From Rhodothermales bacterium (lineage in GTDB: Bacteria > Bacteroidota > Rhodothermia > Rhodothermales > JANQRZ01): DNA of 64,000 bases. A model generated the notes under the pieces. That model did not search any database, had not been told where the DNA came from, and saw only the letters and a program-made list of their open reading frames with translations. The stretch is from NCBI GenBank assembly GCA_965215165.1, contig CBDCCX010000006.1, positions 3,417,097 to 3,481,096 on the forward strand. Reading direction: 5' to 3'. Shown in pieces: positions 17,735 through 26,592 of this stretch. The translations under genes were made by a program, and so were the position numbers. Numbering within the stretch: the first letter of the stretch is position 1; every line of letters starts with the position of its first letter.

Positions 17735-18439
17735 ATGGCCCGCCTCCTCGCTCTCAGCCTCGCGCTCTGCACGCTCCCGGCCTCGGCCCAGGTCCAGCCC
17801 GCCGCCGAGTCCTCCGCCGCCCGCGCAGTCTCCGCGCCCAGCGTCCACCGGCTCGACATCCAGGGCGGCACGGTCTACCACGACGGCACCGCGCTCCCGT
17901 CCGACGCTCTCCCCGACGACCTCGACATCGAGGGACTGTCGATGTCGTTCGAGTACAGCGGCCCCGTTGCCCCGGCCATCGGGCTGAACGGCCGGCTCTA
18001 CACGCTCGACGGCGAGCGGCTCGTCGCTCTCGACGAAGCCGAGATGGAGCAGCAGGCGTTCGGCCTCTCGACGCCAGAGCCGCTCGGCCAGTCCGCCGCC
18101 GAGCAGGCCGAGGCCGCCTACCTCCAAGGCCTCTCCGAGCGCGACCAGGTGCTCTACGACCGGCTCCTGCGCGAGCGCGAGATGGAGGCCGAGGCCGGCC
18201 GCCTCGCCGAGCGGCTCCGCCAGAACCCAGCCGACGCCGCGCTCCGCGACCAGCTCCGCGACGCGCTCGCCGCCATGTTCGAGCTGAAGCAGGAGAACCG
18301 CCGCGACGAGGTGCGGCAGGTCGAGGACGTTCTCGAGGCCCTCCGCCTGCGCCTCCGCGAGCGCGAGGCGATGCGCGACGAGATCATCGAGCACCGGATG
18401 CGCGAGCTGACCGGGCAGGACGCGGGCGGCGGGCAGTGA
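17735..18439 (+). CDS. Secreted coiled-coil hypothetical protein
   Basis: Signal peptide ASA-Q, long charged helical C-terminus; third gene of ECF locus. Confidence 0.65.
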   Translation: MARLLALSLALCTLPASAQVQPAAESSAARAVSAPSVHRLDIQGGTVYHDGTALPSDALPDDLDIEGLSMSFEYSGPVAPAIGLNGRLYTLDGERLVALDEAEMEQQAFGLSTPEPLGQSAAEQAEAAYLQGLSERDQVLYDRLLREREMEAEAGRLAERLRQNPADAALRDQLRDALAAMFELKQENRRDEVRQVEDVLEALRLRLREREAMRDEIIEHRMRELTGQDAGGGQ

Positions 18440-18454
18440 TTCTTCCGGGAGCGC

Positions 18455-18483
18455 TTGGATTCTCGGACTTCATGTGATACTTT
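18455..18483 (+). promoter_or_regulatory. Candidate housekeeping promoter for amidase-apt
   Basis: TTGGAT-N17-TACTTT with extended TG in an AT-richer intergenic patch. Confidence 0.35.
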
Positions 18484-18663
18484 AGGTGGAGCACGCGCCA
18501 AGGCTCCGGCCGCCGGACCGTGCTGCCCTACCGCCCCCGTTTCGCAGGCCGCGCACTTGGAGAGGAGCGCTTCGCCCCGGCGAGACGATGGCGGGGCCCG
18601 GCCCAGGCCCATCGCGGCGCTCGGGCTTTGTGTCACGTCCCCACCACGCACCCGTCTTCCGCC

Positions 18664-19803
18664 ATGTCGCGGTCCCCTCTCCTCGCGCTCGCGCTCCTCG
18701 TCCTGCTCCCGCTCGCGGCGGAGGCTGCCTCGCCCGGCGTCACGCGCGTCTCCTTCACCGCTCGGTCCGACGACAAGGGCTACGTCGTCCGCGTCCATAC
18801 CACGGGCGAGGTGGCGCGCTACAGCCTCGACCAGTCGCCGACCGAGGTCACGCTGACGCTCCACCAGGCGAGCCTCGGGCCGTCGGTCCGCCGTGGCGAA
18901 GCGCGGGGCCCGGTCCGCGCCTACACCGTCCAGCCCGGCGACGGCCGCGTCGTGCTCGCCTTCCAGCTCGACCCGGCCCGACCCGTCGTAGCGGCCGCCT
19001 ACCCGGACCGCGACTCCGACGACGTGCTGCTCGGGCTGACCTACACCCAGCCGGCCCCCATCGCAGCGGGCGGGGCCGACGAGGCCAGCAGCGCGCATTG
19101 GGCGCTCGACTGCATCGTGCTCGACGCCGGGCACGGCGGGCACGACGGCGGGGCGAGCTCCAACGGCGTGCGCGAGAAAGACATCACGCTCGGGGTCGTC
19201 CGCAAAGTCGGGGCCTACGTCGAGGAGCGGCTCGGCATCGACGTGGTCTACACGCGCGAGGACGACCGCTTCATCGAGCTGCACGAGCGCGGGCGGATCG
19301 CCAACGAGTCCTGCGGCAAGCTCTTCGTCTCGGTCCACGCGAACGCGGCCGGCAACCGGCGGGCGCACGGCTCGGAGACCTATTTCCTCGGCCTCCACAA
19401 GAGCAAGACGGCCCTCGGCGTGATGGAGCGCGAGAACGGCGTGGTCGCCCTCGAGAGCGACCCGGGCCTCTACCAGGGCTTCGACGACGCCTCGCTCGTG
19501 GTCCAGACGATGGCGACGACGGCCTACCAGCGCGAGAGCGAGCGCCTCGCCTCGCTCATCCAGGACCAGTTCGAGCACCGCGCCGACCGTCCGAGCCGGG
19601 GCGTCAAGCAGGCCGGCTTCCTCGTGCTCTGGCGCGCCTCGATGCCGGCCGTGCTGATCGAGCTCGGCTTCGTGACGAACCCGGCCGAGGCCCGCTTCCT
19701 CCGCTCCGAGCAGGGCCAGGACCTCCTCGCCAGCGCCATCTTCCGCTCGATCCGCGACTACAAGGCGCAGTACGAGCGCGGCTTCCGCACCGTCGCCAAC
19801 TAA
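18664..19803 (+). CDS. N-acetylmuramoyl-L-alanine amidase (Amidase_3) with N-terminal AMIN-like domain
   Basis: VLDAGHGGHD, EKDI, FVSVHANA, PAVLIELGF. Confidence 0.93.
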   Translation: MSRSPLLALALLVLLPLAAEAASPGVTRVSFTARSDDKGYVVRVHTTGEVARYSLDQSPTEVTLTLHQASLGPSVRRGEARGPVRAYTVQPGDGRVVLAFQLDPARPVVAAAYPDRDSDDVLLGLTYTQPAPIAAGGADEASSAHWALDCIVLDAGHGGHDGGASSNGVREKDITLGVVRKVGAYVEERLGIDVVYTREDDRFIELHERGRIANESCGKLFVSVHANAAGNRRAHGSETYFLGLHKSKTALGVMERENGVVALESDPGLYQGFDDASLVVQTMATTAYQRESERLASLIQDQFEHRADRPSRGVKQAGFLVLWRASMPAVLIELGFVTNPAEARFLRSEQGQDLLASAIFRSIRDYKAQYERGFRTVAN

Positions 19804-20321
19804 TGGACGCTCTCCACCGCGCGCTCCGCACCGTCCCGGACTTCCCGACGCCGGGCATCCAGTTCAAAGACCTCGCGCCAATCCTGGCCGACCCGGCGCT
19901 CTTCCGCCAGGCCGTCGACGCGCTCGCCGCGCCGTTCGCCGAGCAGGGGATTACCCACGTGGTCGGGATCGAGGCGCGCGGGTTCTGGTTCGGGACCTCG
20001 CTGGCCGGCCGGCTCGGGGCGGGCTTCGTGCCGATTCGCAAACCGGGCAAGCTGCCCGGCGAGACGCTCCGCGAGGCGTACGCGCTCGAGTACGGCACCG
20101 ATACGATCGAAATGCAGGCCGATGCCCTCGGGTCGAGCGACCGGGTGCTGGTGCACGACGACGTCATTGCGACCGGCGGGACGGCGGCGGCCGCCGCGCG
20201 GCTCGTCGCCCGCGCCGGCGCGCCGGTGGCCGGCTTCTCGTTTCTGATCGAGCTAGCCGCGCTCGGCGGGCGGAGAGCGCTGCCCGAGGCCGAGACCGTC
20301 CATGCGGTCCTCTCCGCCTAG
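19803..20321 (+). CDS. apt: Adenine phosphoribosyltransferase
   Basis: PDFPTPGIQFKD, GIEARGF, RKPGKLPG, YALEYG, DDVIATGGT; TAATG coupling. Confidence 0.95.
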   Translation: MDALHRALRTVPDFPTPGIQFKDLAPILADPALFRQAVDALAAPFAEQGITHVVGIEARGFWFGTSLAGRLGAGFVPIRKPGKLPGETLREAYALEYGTDTIEMQADALGSSDRVLVHDDVIATGGTAAAAARLVARAGAPVAGFSFLIELAALGGRRALPEAETVHAVLSA

Positions 20322-20407
20322 CGCCTGCGGCACTACCTTTGTTACGCCAGCCCTGTTCGCCCCGGCTATCTCGCCGCTGCTTCCTCCCACCGCCAACCGC
20401 TACCGCC

Positions 20408-20971
20408 ATGATCCGCCTCTGCCGTTTCGCCCTTCCCCTCGCCTTCCTCTTCGTCCTCGCCGGCTGCGACAGCGGTGACGCAGACGACAACGGTGGGGGC
20501 GACACCTTTTTCCTCGACCCCGAGCGGGTCGCCTTCGAGTTCGAGTTCGACGGGGACGACCTGACGCCTGGACAGTTCACCGAGCTCTCCTCCGAGGGGA
20601 CCCAGAACCTGCGGACCTATATCGAGTCCAGCGCCTTCGCCCTGGACGACGTAGTCGCGGTGCGGCTTCGGGAAGGGTCCGGCGTGATCACCGTGGCGCG
20701 GCCTTCTGACGTGTCCATCGACTTCATCGACCGGGCGCGTCTCCGGCTCCAGCAGGGCACCAGCGCAGCGCTCACCGTGGCGACGGACAACGACATCATG
20801 CAGACGACCAGCCCCCGCACGGCCGCGATCGACGTCGAGACGACCAATCTGCAGACGTTTGCCACGACCGGCCCGTTCAGCGCGCTCCTCGACCTCGACC
20901 CGGCGATGGCCGTCGAGGGCAACTTCCTCGTCACGGTGACCTTCGACGCCGTCGTCGAGGTCAGGCCGTAG
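20408..20971 (+). CDS. Lipoprotein, hypothetical
   Basis: Lipobox LAG-C followed by DSGD. Confidence 0.7.
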   Translation: MIRLCRFALPLAFLFVLAGCDSGDADDNGGGDTFFLDPERVAFEFEFDGDDLTPGQFTELSSEGTQNLRTYIESSAFALDDVVAVRLREGSGVITVARPSDVSIDFIDRARLRLQQGTSAALTVATDNDIMQTTSPRTAAIDVETTNLQTFATTGPFSALLDLDPAMAVEGNFLVTVTFDAVVEVRP

Positions 20972-20972
20972 C

Positions 20973-21368
20973 CTAGCGAACGGCGGTGCAGGAGACCTCG
21001 ACGCGCGCGCCGCGCGGGAGCGCCGCCACCTCGATGGCCTCGCGCGCCGGCGGCGACTCGTTGAAGTAGCGCGCGTAGACCTCGTTGACCTGCCCGTAGT
21101 CGTTGATGTCGGTCAGGTAGACCGTGCAGGCGACGACGTTCTCGTAGCTCATCCCCGCCGCCTGGAGCACCGCCCCGAGGTTGTCGAGCACCCGCATCGT
21201 CTCCGCCTCGATGTCGCCCTGGAGGAGCTCGCCGGTCTTGGGGTCGAAGGCGACCTGCCCGGAGCAGTAGAGCGTATTGCCGGCCAGGATGGCCTGGCTG
21301 TACGGGCCGATGGCGGCGGGGGCGTGCGGCGTGCTGATGATCTCTCGGCGCGTGGGGGCAGCGGGCAT
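20973..21368 (-). CDS. ridA: RidA/YjgF family reactive intermediate deaminase
   Basis: APAAIGPYSQA, SGQV, PPAR, LPRGARVEV. Confidence 0.9.
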   Translation of the reverse strand: MPAAPTRREIISTPHAPAAIGPYSQAILAGNTLYCSGQVAFDPKTGELLQGDIEAETMRVLDNLGAVLQAAGMSYENVVACTVYLTDINDYGQVNEVYARYFNESPPAREAIEVAALPRGARVEVSCTAVR

Positions 21369-21555
21369 GGAGGCGGGGTTCGGTGGGAGACGGGGCTTAG
21401 TTTCGCCCCGCTCCCGCCCGGCTCCAAGCGAACTTTCCGGCAAGAGCCCGCCCAGTCAGAGGATTCAAGAATCCGGGGAGACGGAACGCCCGGCCCGGTC
21501 GCGGGTCCTTCGCCTCTGCTTTCGCGCGGCGGACTTGCACCAGAAGACCCTCTCC

Positions 21556-22686
21556 ATGAGCACGCACGGAAAAGTACTGGTAGCGATGAGCGGCGGCGTG
21601 GACTCGTCGGTCACCGCCGCGCTGCTGCGCGACGAGGGCTACGAGGTCGTCGGCATCACCATGAAGACGTGGGACTACGCGAGTTCGCTCGGCGCACCGA
21701 GCGGCGGGCCGCGCCGGCCGGGGCAGAAAGAGGTCGGCTGCTGCACGCTCGAGTCGATGAACGACGCGCGCGGCGTGGCGATGGCGATGGACTTCCCGCA
21801 CTTCATCGTCGACATCCGCCAGGAGTTCGGCGACTGGGTCGTCGAGCGCTTCACGAGCGAGTACCTCGCCGGGCGGACGCCCAACCCGTGCGTGCTCTGC
21901 AACACCCACATCAAGTGGGCCGCGCTGCTGCGCCGCGCCGACGACCTGGGCTGCGACTGGATCGCCACCGGCCACTACGCCCGCGTGCGACGCGACGAGA
22001 CCACCGGCCGGCACGTCGTCTCGCGCGGGCTCGACGCCAACAAGGACCAGAGCTACGCGCTGTGGGGCTTGCCTCAGGCGCACCTCGCCCGGAGCCTGTT
22101 CCCGCTCGGCACCTTCACCAAGCCGCGCATCCGGGAGATGGCGGCAGCCTACGGCTTCGACCGCGTCGCCGGCAAGCCGGACTCCTACGAGATCTGCTTC
22201 ATCCCCGACGACGACTACCGCGGCTTCCTCAAGCGCCGCACGCCCGGCCTCGAGGCCGCCGTGGCCGGGGGCGACTTCGTGCTCGAGGACGGCACCGTCG
22301 TCGGGCAGCACGACGGCTATCCGTTCTACACCGTCGGGCAGCGGCGCGGCCTCGGCCTCGCGCTCGGCGAGCCGGCCTACGTCACGCGCATCGACGCGGC
22401 GACGAACACCGTCACCGTCGGCCCGCGCGAGGCGCTCCTCGGGCAGACCCTCACCGCGCGGCAGCTCAACTTCGTCGCCCACCCGGACCTCCTCGACGAG
22501 CAGCCCGTCACGGCGAAAATCCGCTACAAGGACGCCGGGGCACCCGCCCTCGCTTGGCAGACCGGCGACGATGAGCTTCGCATCGCCTTCGCCGAGCCGC
22601 GCGCCGCCATCACCCCAGGGCAGGCGGTCGTGCTCTACGACGGCGACGACCTCGTGGCCGGCGGCTGGATTCACGAGGGGGACTAA
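21556..22686 (+). CDS. mnmA: tRNA 2-thiouridylase MnmA
   Basis: AMSGGVDSSV, TPNPCVLCN, ATGHYAR, KDQSY, TPGQAVVLY. Confidence 0.97.
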   Translation: MSTHGKVLVAMSGGVDSSVTAALLRDEGYEVVGITMKTWDYASSLGAPSGGPRRPGQKEVGCCTLESMNDARGVAMAMDFPHFIVDIRQEFGDWVVERFTSEYLAGRTPNPCVLCNTHIKWAALLRRADDLGCDWIATGHYARVRRDETTGRHVVSRGLDANKDQSYALWGLPQAHLARSLFPLGTFTKPRIREMAAAYGFDRVAGKPDSYEICFIPDDDYRGFLKRRTPGLEAAVAGGDFVLEDGTVVGQHDGYPFYTVGQRRGLGLALGEPAYVTRIDAATNTVTVGPREALLGQTLTARQLNFVAHPDLLDEQPVTAKIRYKDAGAPALAWQTGDDELRIAFAEPRAAITPGQAVVLYDGDDLVAGGWIHEGD

Positions 22687-22846
22687 GAGACTGTTCGGGA
22701 TTCACAATCGCGGGCTGCGAGCGGCTGCGAAACAGCCCGTCGGCGTTGCGCTGCATCGCCGAGCCTACAGGCTCGCGTGCTTCGCGCGCCTTGAAGGGCC
22801 ATTTCTCGCTCACTCTCGCCTGCACGCTCCAAATCCGGGCAGCCTC
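22687..22846. mobile_element. 160-bp MITE with IS5-like ends
   Basis: Imperfect TIRs GAGACTGTTCGGGATT / AATCCGGGCAGCCTC, flanked on both sides by TAA (left TAA is the mnmA stop); internal hairpin. Confidence 0.7.
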
Positions 22847-22944
22847 TAAGCGAGGGGCGCGGAGCCGGTGCTGCGTTTTTTCGCTCTCCGTTTTCTCCGT
22901 TCCTCCCGCGCCCTATCTTGCTTTTCCACCCGCCGCCTCCGCCC

Positions 22945-23238
22945 ATGCGCCGCCTCTTGCTTCTCGCCCTCCTCCTCACCGCCGGCTGCGAGCTCGGGGA
23001 GATCGAGCACGTCGGCACCGTCGTTCACGTGGACCAGGACGGCGGCTTCTGGGGCATCGTCAGCAGCGAAGACGGCACGCGGTTCCGCCCGACGAACCTG
23101 CCGGAGCTGTTCTGGCACGAGGGGACCGTCATAGAGTTCGAGGGCTACGTCGTCAGCGAGGGCCGGAAGGAGGGCGACTGGGGCATCCCGGTCGAGCTCA
23201 ACGAGGTCGAGGTCAGCCTTGACGGGAAGGATGACTGA
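22945..23238 (+). CDS. Small lipoprotein, OB-fold-like
   Basis: Lipobox TAG-C; GTVVHVDQDGGFWGIV..PTNLP..WGIPVEL pattern. Confidence 0.7.
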   Translation: MRRLLLLALLLTAGCELGEIEHVGTVVHVDQDGGFWGIVSSEDGTRFRPTNLPELFWHEGTVIEFEGYVVSEGRKEGDWGIPVELNEVEVSLDGKDD

Positions 23239-23410
23239 GTCGGTGCGCGAGTGCCCGTCGTGCGCGATGGTGGTCGACGCTGCGGCGTCCGTGTGCCCGG
23301 TGTGCGGCTACGAGTTTCCTGCGCCCAAAACCGGCTTCGGGCCGATGGCCTGGCTCTTCGTCGCGCTGATGCTGGTCCCGGTGCTGTGGGTACTGGCGCG
23401 GCTGTTCTGA
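23231..23410 (+). CDS. Small zinc-ribbon membrane protein
   Basis: CPSC..CPVCGYEF followed by one TM helix. Confidence 0.7.
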   Translation: MTESVRECPSCAMVVDAAASVCPVCGYEFPAPKTGFGPMAWLFVALMLVPVLWVLARLF

Positions 23411-23485
23411 AAAAGACGGCCTCCTCTGACACGGCGGTGGCAGGCCCGACGCCCTACCCTGCGGCCGACTCGCCACCGCCTCGCT

Positions 23486-24139
23486 ATGCACCCCTTCTCC
23501 GAGCGCGCCCGTGCCGTGCTCCAGCACAGCCGCGACGAAGCCGTCCGCCTCGGGCAGGACGCCGTCGGCACCGAGCATCTGCTGCTCGGCGTGCTGCGTG
23601 CCGGCGGCCTGCCGGTCCGCCTGCTGCGCGACCTCGGCGCGAGCGCGCAGCAGCTCCGCCGCGCCGCCGAAGCCGCCGCGCCGCCGCCGGTCGGGGAGCC
23701 GAGCGAGCTGGCCCGCGACGACCTCGCGCTCACCGCCGCGGCCGAACATGCGCTCGCCCTGGCTGAGCGCGAGGCGGCGGAGCTCGGCATTGACACCGTC
23801 GGCGCGGAGTGGCTGCTCGTGGGCCTGATGGGCGAGGCCGAGGGCGTGCTCCGCGCCGCGCTCGACCCGGACGCCGTGCGTGCCGAGGTGCGACGCTTCC
23901 ACGGGGCCGAACCGGACCCGGCGGCACCGACCGTGCGCGAACCGCCGACCCCGTACCTCCGGGACCGGGCTGCGAACGCGGCGCGGCGTCTCTCCATCGT
24001 CTTCGATGCCGAGACGCAGGAGGCCGACGTGGTGGAGCTGCTGCTGCTGCTCTCCGAGCTGTACCGCGCCCTCGGCGGCGACGGCCTAGTGATCCTCGAC
24101 AGCGGCGTCCCGGCGTGGGACGCGGAGGACGAGCGATGA
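23486..24139 (+). CDS. Stand-alone Clp N-terminal repeat domain protein
   Basis: FSERARAVL..VGTEHLLLGVL and second repeat VGAEWLLVGL; no AAA+ module. Confidence 0.8.
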   Translation: MHPFSERARAVLQHSRDEAVRLGQDAVGTEHLLLGVLRAGGLPVRLLRDLGASAQQLRRAAEAAAPPPVGEPSELARDDLALTAAAEHALALAEREAAELGIDTVGAEWLLVGLMGEAEGVLRAALDPDAVRAEVRRFHGAEPDPAAPTVREPPTPYLRDRAANAARRLSIVFDAETQEADVVELLLLLSELYRALGGDGLVILDSGVPAWDAEDER

Positions 24140-24567
24140 CGCCCTCAGACCGGCGCGGCCCGGTGCAGATCGACCTCGCCGGCCGCAACCCCGCGCTCTT
24201 CGACGCGCTCTTCGCCCGGCTCGAGGGCGCGCTCGTCGACGTCGTCGAGCGGCTGACGCACGCGCAGGTGGACCCGTCCTCACGCGAGATCATGGGCGAG
24301 CTGCTCGGCGCGGCGCAGGGCTACGTCGAGGCCCGCCTCAAAGCTCCGTCGATCGAGAACCAGCAGAAGCTCGCCGAGATCACGCGGCTCTACGCCGAGG
24401 CCGAGGAACGCCTGGCCCACGCCCGCGCGCAGCGCGCCTCGGCCGAGCGGCAGGAGCTCGAGAACCTCGAGACCAAGCTCGAGCTCGCCCTCACGCTGAT
24501 GCAGCGCCTCAGCACCGTCAAGCTCCGCCAGGGTCCCGACGGCACCACGCTCGATCTCACCGAATAG
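24136..24567 (+). CDS. Hypothetical coiled-coil protein
   Basis: ATGA coupling to ClpN gene, host-like codon usage, helical charged sequence. Confidence 0.65.
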   Translation: MTPSDRRGPVQIDLAGRNPALFDALFARLEGALVDVVERLTHAQVDPSSREIMGELLGAAQGYVEARLKAPSIENQQKLAEITRLYAEAEERLAHARAQRASAERQELENLETKLELALTLMQRLSTVKLRQGPDGTTLDLTE

Positions 24568-24599
24568 CGGCGCGACGGACTCGGAACCACCCTCAGATA

Positions 24600-24628
24600 T
24601 TGACAGTATTCGACAAGCACCCTACGAG
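24600..24628 (+). promoter_or_regulatory. Candidate sigma70-type promoter of parDE
   Basis: TTGACA-N17-TACGAG ~35 bp upstream of antitoxin ATG. Confidence 0.45.
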
Positions 24629-24661
24629 CCAGCCCCCGCCTACGCGCCAGTCTCCATTGCC

Positions 24662-24940
24662 ATGCAGCAACTCAACGTCTCCCTGACCGACGAACTGAAC
24701 GACCTCGTTCGCAGCCTCGTCGCGGCCGGCCGTTATGCCTCGGCGAGTGAGGTGGTACGCGACAGCCTCCGCCTCATGGAAGAGCGGGAGCAACTTCGGG
24801 TCCTCAAGCTCAAGGAGTTGCGCCAGCTAATCAAAGAAGGAAAAGAGAGTCCGACCGTCCCGTATGACTTCGAAGGGGCGCGGCGCGAAGCGCAAAAGAG
24901 AGCCGAGGCGATGAGGTCGGCGCAGGCCGATACCGCTTAG
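24662..24940 (+). CDS. parD: Type II antitoxin, ParD (ribbon-helix-helix) family
   Basis: LNVSLT..VAAGRYASASEVVRDSLRL..LRQLIKEG. Confidence 0.9.
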   Translation: MQQLNVSLTDELNDLVRSLVAAGRYASASEVVRDSLRLMEEREQLRVLKLKELRQLIKEGKESPTVPYDFEGARREAQKRAEAMRSAQADTA

Positions 24941-24942
24941 CG

Positions 24943-25239
24943 ATGCCGAGGATCGTAGAGCGACAAGCCGCCGTCGAAGACCGAATCGAGGTCGAGCTCT
25001 ACCTGATCCTGAACGCGCCCGAGGCCGTCAACAATGTGATGAGGGCCATCGATTCCAAGTATCGCTTTTTGGCGCAGCATTCCTTCGCCGGACGAGCGCG
25101 ACCCGACCTCGACGAGAACGCAACCCTCCGAAGTTCTCCGGTCGGGCGCTACGTCGTGTTCTACGAGCCGCTCGATGACGGCATCGAGGTCGTTCGACTG
25201 CTCCACGGCTCCCGCGATGTTCGAGGCGAGTTCGAGTAG
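24943..25239 (+). CDS. parE: Type II toxin, ParE/RelE family
   Basis: GRARPDL, YVVFY, IEVVRLLHGSRD. Confidence 0.9.
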   Translation: MPRIVERQAAVEDRIEVELYLILNAPEAVNNVMRAIDSKYRFLAQHSFAGRARPDLDENATLRSSPVGRYVVFYEPLDDGIEVVRLLHGSRDVRGEFE

Positions 25240-25297
25240 ACCGGTGGGTCGGTGTGCGCTCGTCGACCAAGCGGGATACCAGTCTGCTGGCTGTCGG

Positions 25298-26068
25298 CTA
25301 GGGCGCAAACGCACGGATCAACCGGACCATGTCGCCTATCATCTGGCTCACCAGGTCCGGCGCAACGGCTCCAAGCTGCTGCAGGAAAAGCGCGAACAGG
25401 CTCGTCCCGACCAGGATTTTCAGCGGCAGGCTGAGCGAGAACAGGTCCGCCTGCGGGACCATCCGGGCGAAGACGCCGAGCGCCACGTCGATCAGGAAGA
25501 GCGTCACCATGAACGGGGCCGACAGGCGCAGGGCCGAGACGAAGAACGCGCCCGTCCACTCGAGCAGCAGGGGGCCGCTCGCCGCCAGGTTCGCCCCGGC
25601 GAGGGGGACCACCTCGAACGACGACGCGAGCGCGACCACGAGCTGCTGCGGCCCGTCGAGCAGCAGGAAGAGCAGCATGAAGCCCAGCGTCAGCACGCGC
25701 CCGAGCGGGTTCGACGGCGCGCCGCTGATGGGGTTGTAGACCTGGGCCATGCTCAGGCTCATCTGGAACCCGATCACGTCGCCGGCGAACTGCACCGCGT
25801 GGAACACGAACTGCGCCGCGAATCCGAGCAGTACGCCGGTCAGCGCCTCGATCACGACGGCCACCACGAACCCGACGGGGTGCGTCACGCCCGGCGGCAG
25901 CGCGCCGCCCACGAGGCCGGCGAGGCTGAACGCCAGGATCGCCGCGAGCATCACCTTGACCTGCGCCGGGATGAACTTCTGGCTGAAGAACGGGGCCGCC
26001 GCCAGCAGCCCGCCGAGGCGGACGAAGACGAGCAGCACGCGCAGGATGTACTCGGGGTCGAGCAGCAC
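25298..26068 (-). CDS. fliR: Flagellar export gate protein FliR
   Basis: LVFVRLGG..APFFS, AGDVIGFQMSL, ARMVPQ; GTG start at 26068. Confidence 0.93.
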   Translation of the reverse strand: MLLDPEYILRVLLVFVRLGGLLAAAPFFSQKFIPAQVKVMLAAILAFSLAGLVGGALPPGVTHPVGFVVAVVIEALTGVLLGFAAQFVFHAVQFAGDVIGFQMSLSMAQVYNPISGAPSNPLGRVLTLGFMLLFLLLDGPQQLVVALASSFEVVPLAGANLAASGPLLLEWTGAFFVSALRLSAPFMVTLFLIDVALGVFARMVPQADLFSLSLPLKILVGTSLFALFLQQLGAVAPDLVSQMIGDMVRLIRAFAP

Positions 26069-26087
26069 GGCGAGCGTAGGTTTTATA

Positions 26088-26213
26088 GGGCGTGGAGGGC
26101 AGGGAAGGTGGGGAGGGCTAGAGGGAAACAGCTCCCCCATCGCCTGCGCGAACGACGCAGGCTGAGATCCCTCAGGATGAGATCCCTCCCTGCCCTCCTC
26201 CCCCTCCACGCCC
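26088..26213. repeat. Intergenic inverted-repeat element (copy 1)
   Basis: GGGCGTGGAGGG...CCCTCCACGCCC ends; purine/pyrimidine-skewed arms. Confidence 0.7.
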
Positions 26214-26262
26214 AAGAGACACGCCATTCCTCCACGCAGGGAAACAGGGCGCGACGCGCACC

Positions 26263-26532
26263 TCACCGCGAGACGTTCGGGATGAAGGTGAAGGCGTGGG
26301 CGGCGAAGTCGGTCAGCATCTCCAGCATCCACGGCGCGAGCAGCAGCAGGACCGCCGAGATGGCCAGGATTTTCGGGATGTAGCTCAGCGTCATCTCCTG
26401 CATCGAGGTCACGGCCTGGAACAGGCTCACCGTCAGGCCCACCGCGAGCGCGATGCCCAGCAGCGGGGCCGTCACCAGCACGGCGACCTGCATCGCCTCG
26501 CGCATCCAGAATAGGGCTACCTCTTCGTTCAC
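26263..26532 (-). CDS. fliQ: Flagellar export gate protein FliQ
   Basis: VSLFQAVTSMQEMTLSYIPK. Confidence 0.95.
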   Translation of the reverse strand: MNEEVALFWMREAMQVAVLVTAPLLGIALAVGLTVSLFQAVTSMQEMTLSYIPKILAISAVLLLLAPWMLEMLTDFAAHAFTFIPNVSR

Positions 26533-26592
26533 GAGTTTCGGAGTTGATGGGGTGGTGGAGGTCGTGGAGGGAGGGGCGAGAGCCTCTGCCTC

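Noticed and set aside
18486-20321. 611-aa ORF ending in Apt
   Set aside because: Only 19803-20321 is real; the upstream part is an off-frame overlap with the amidase
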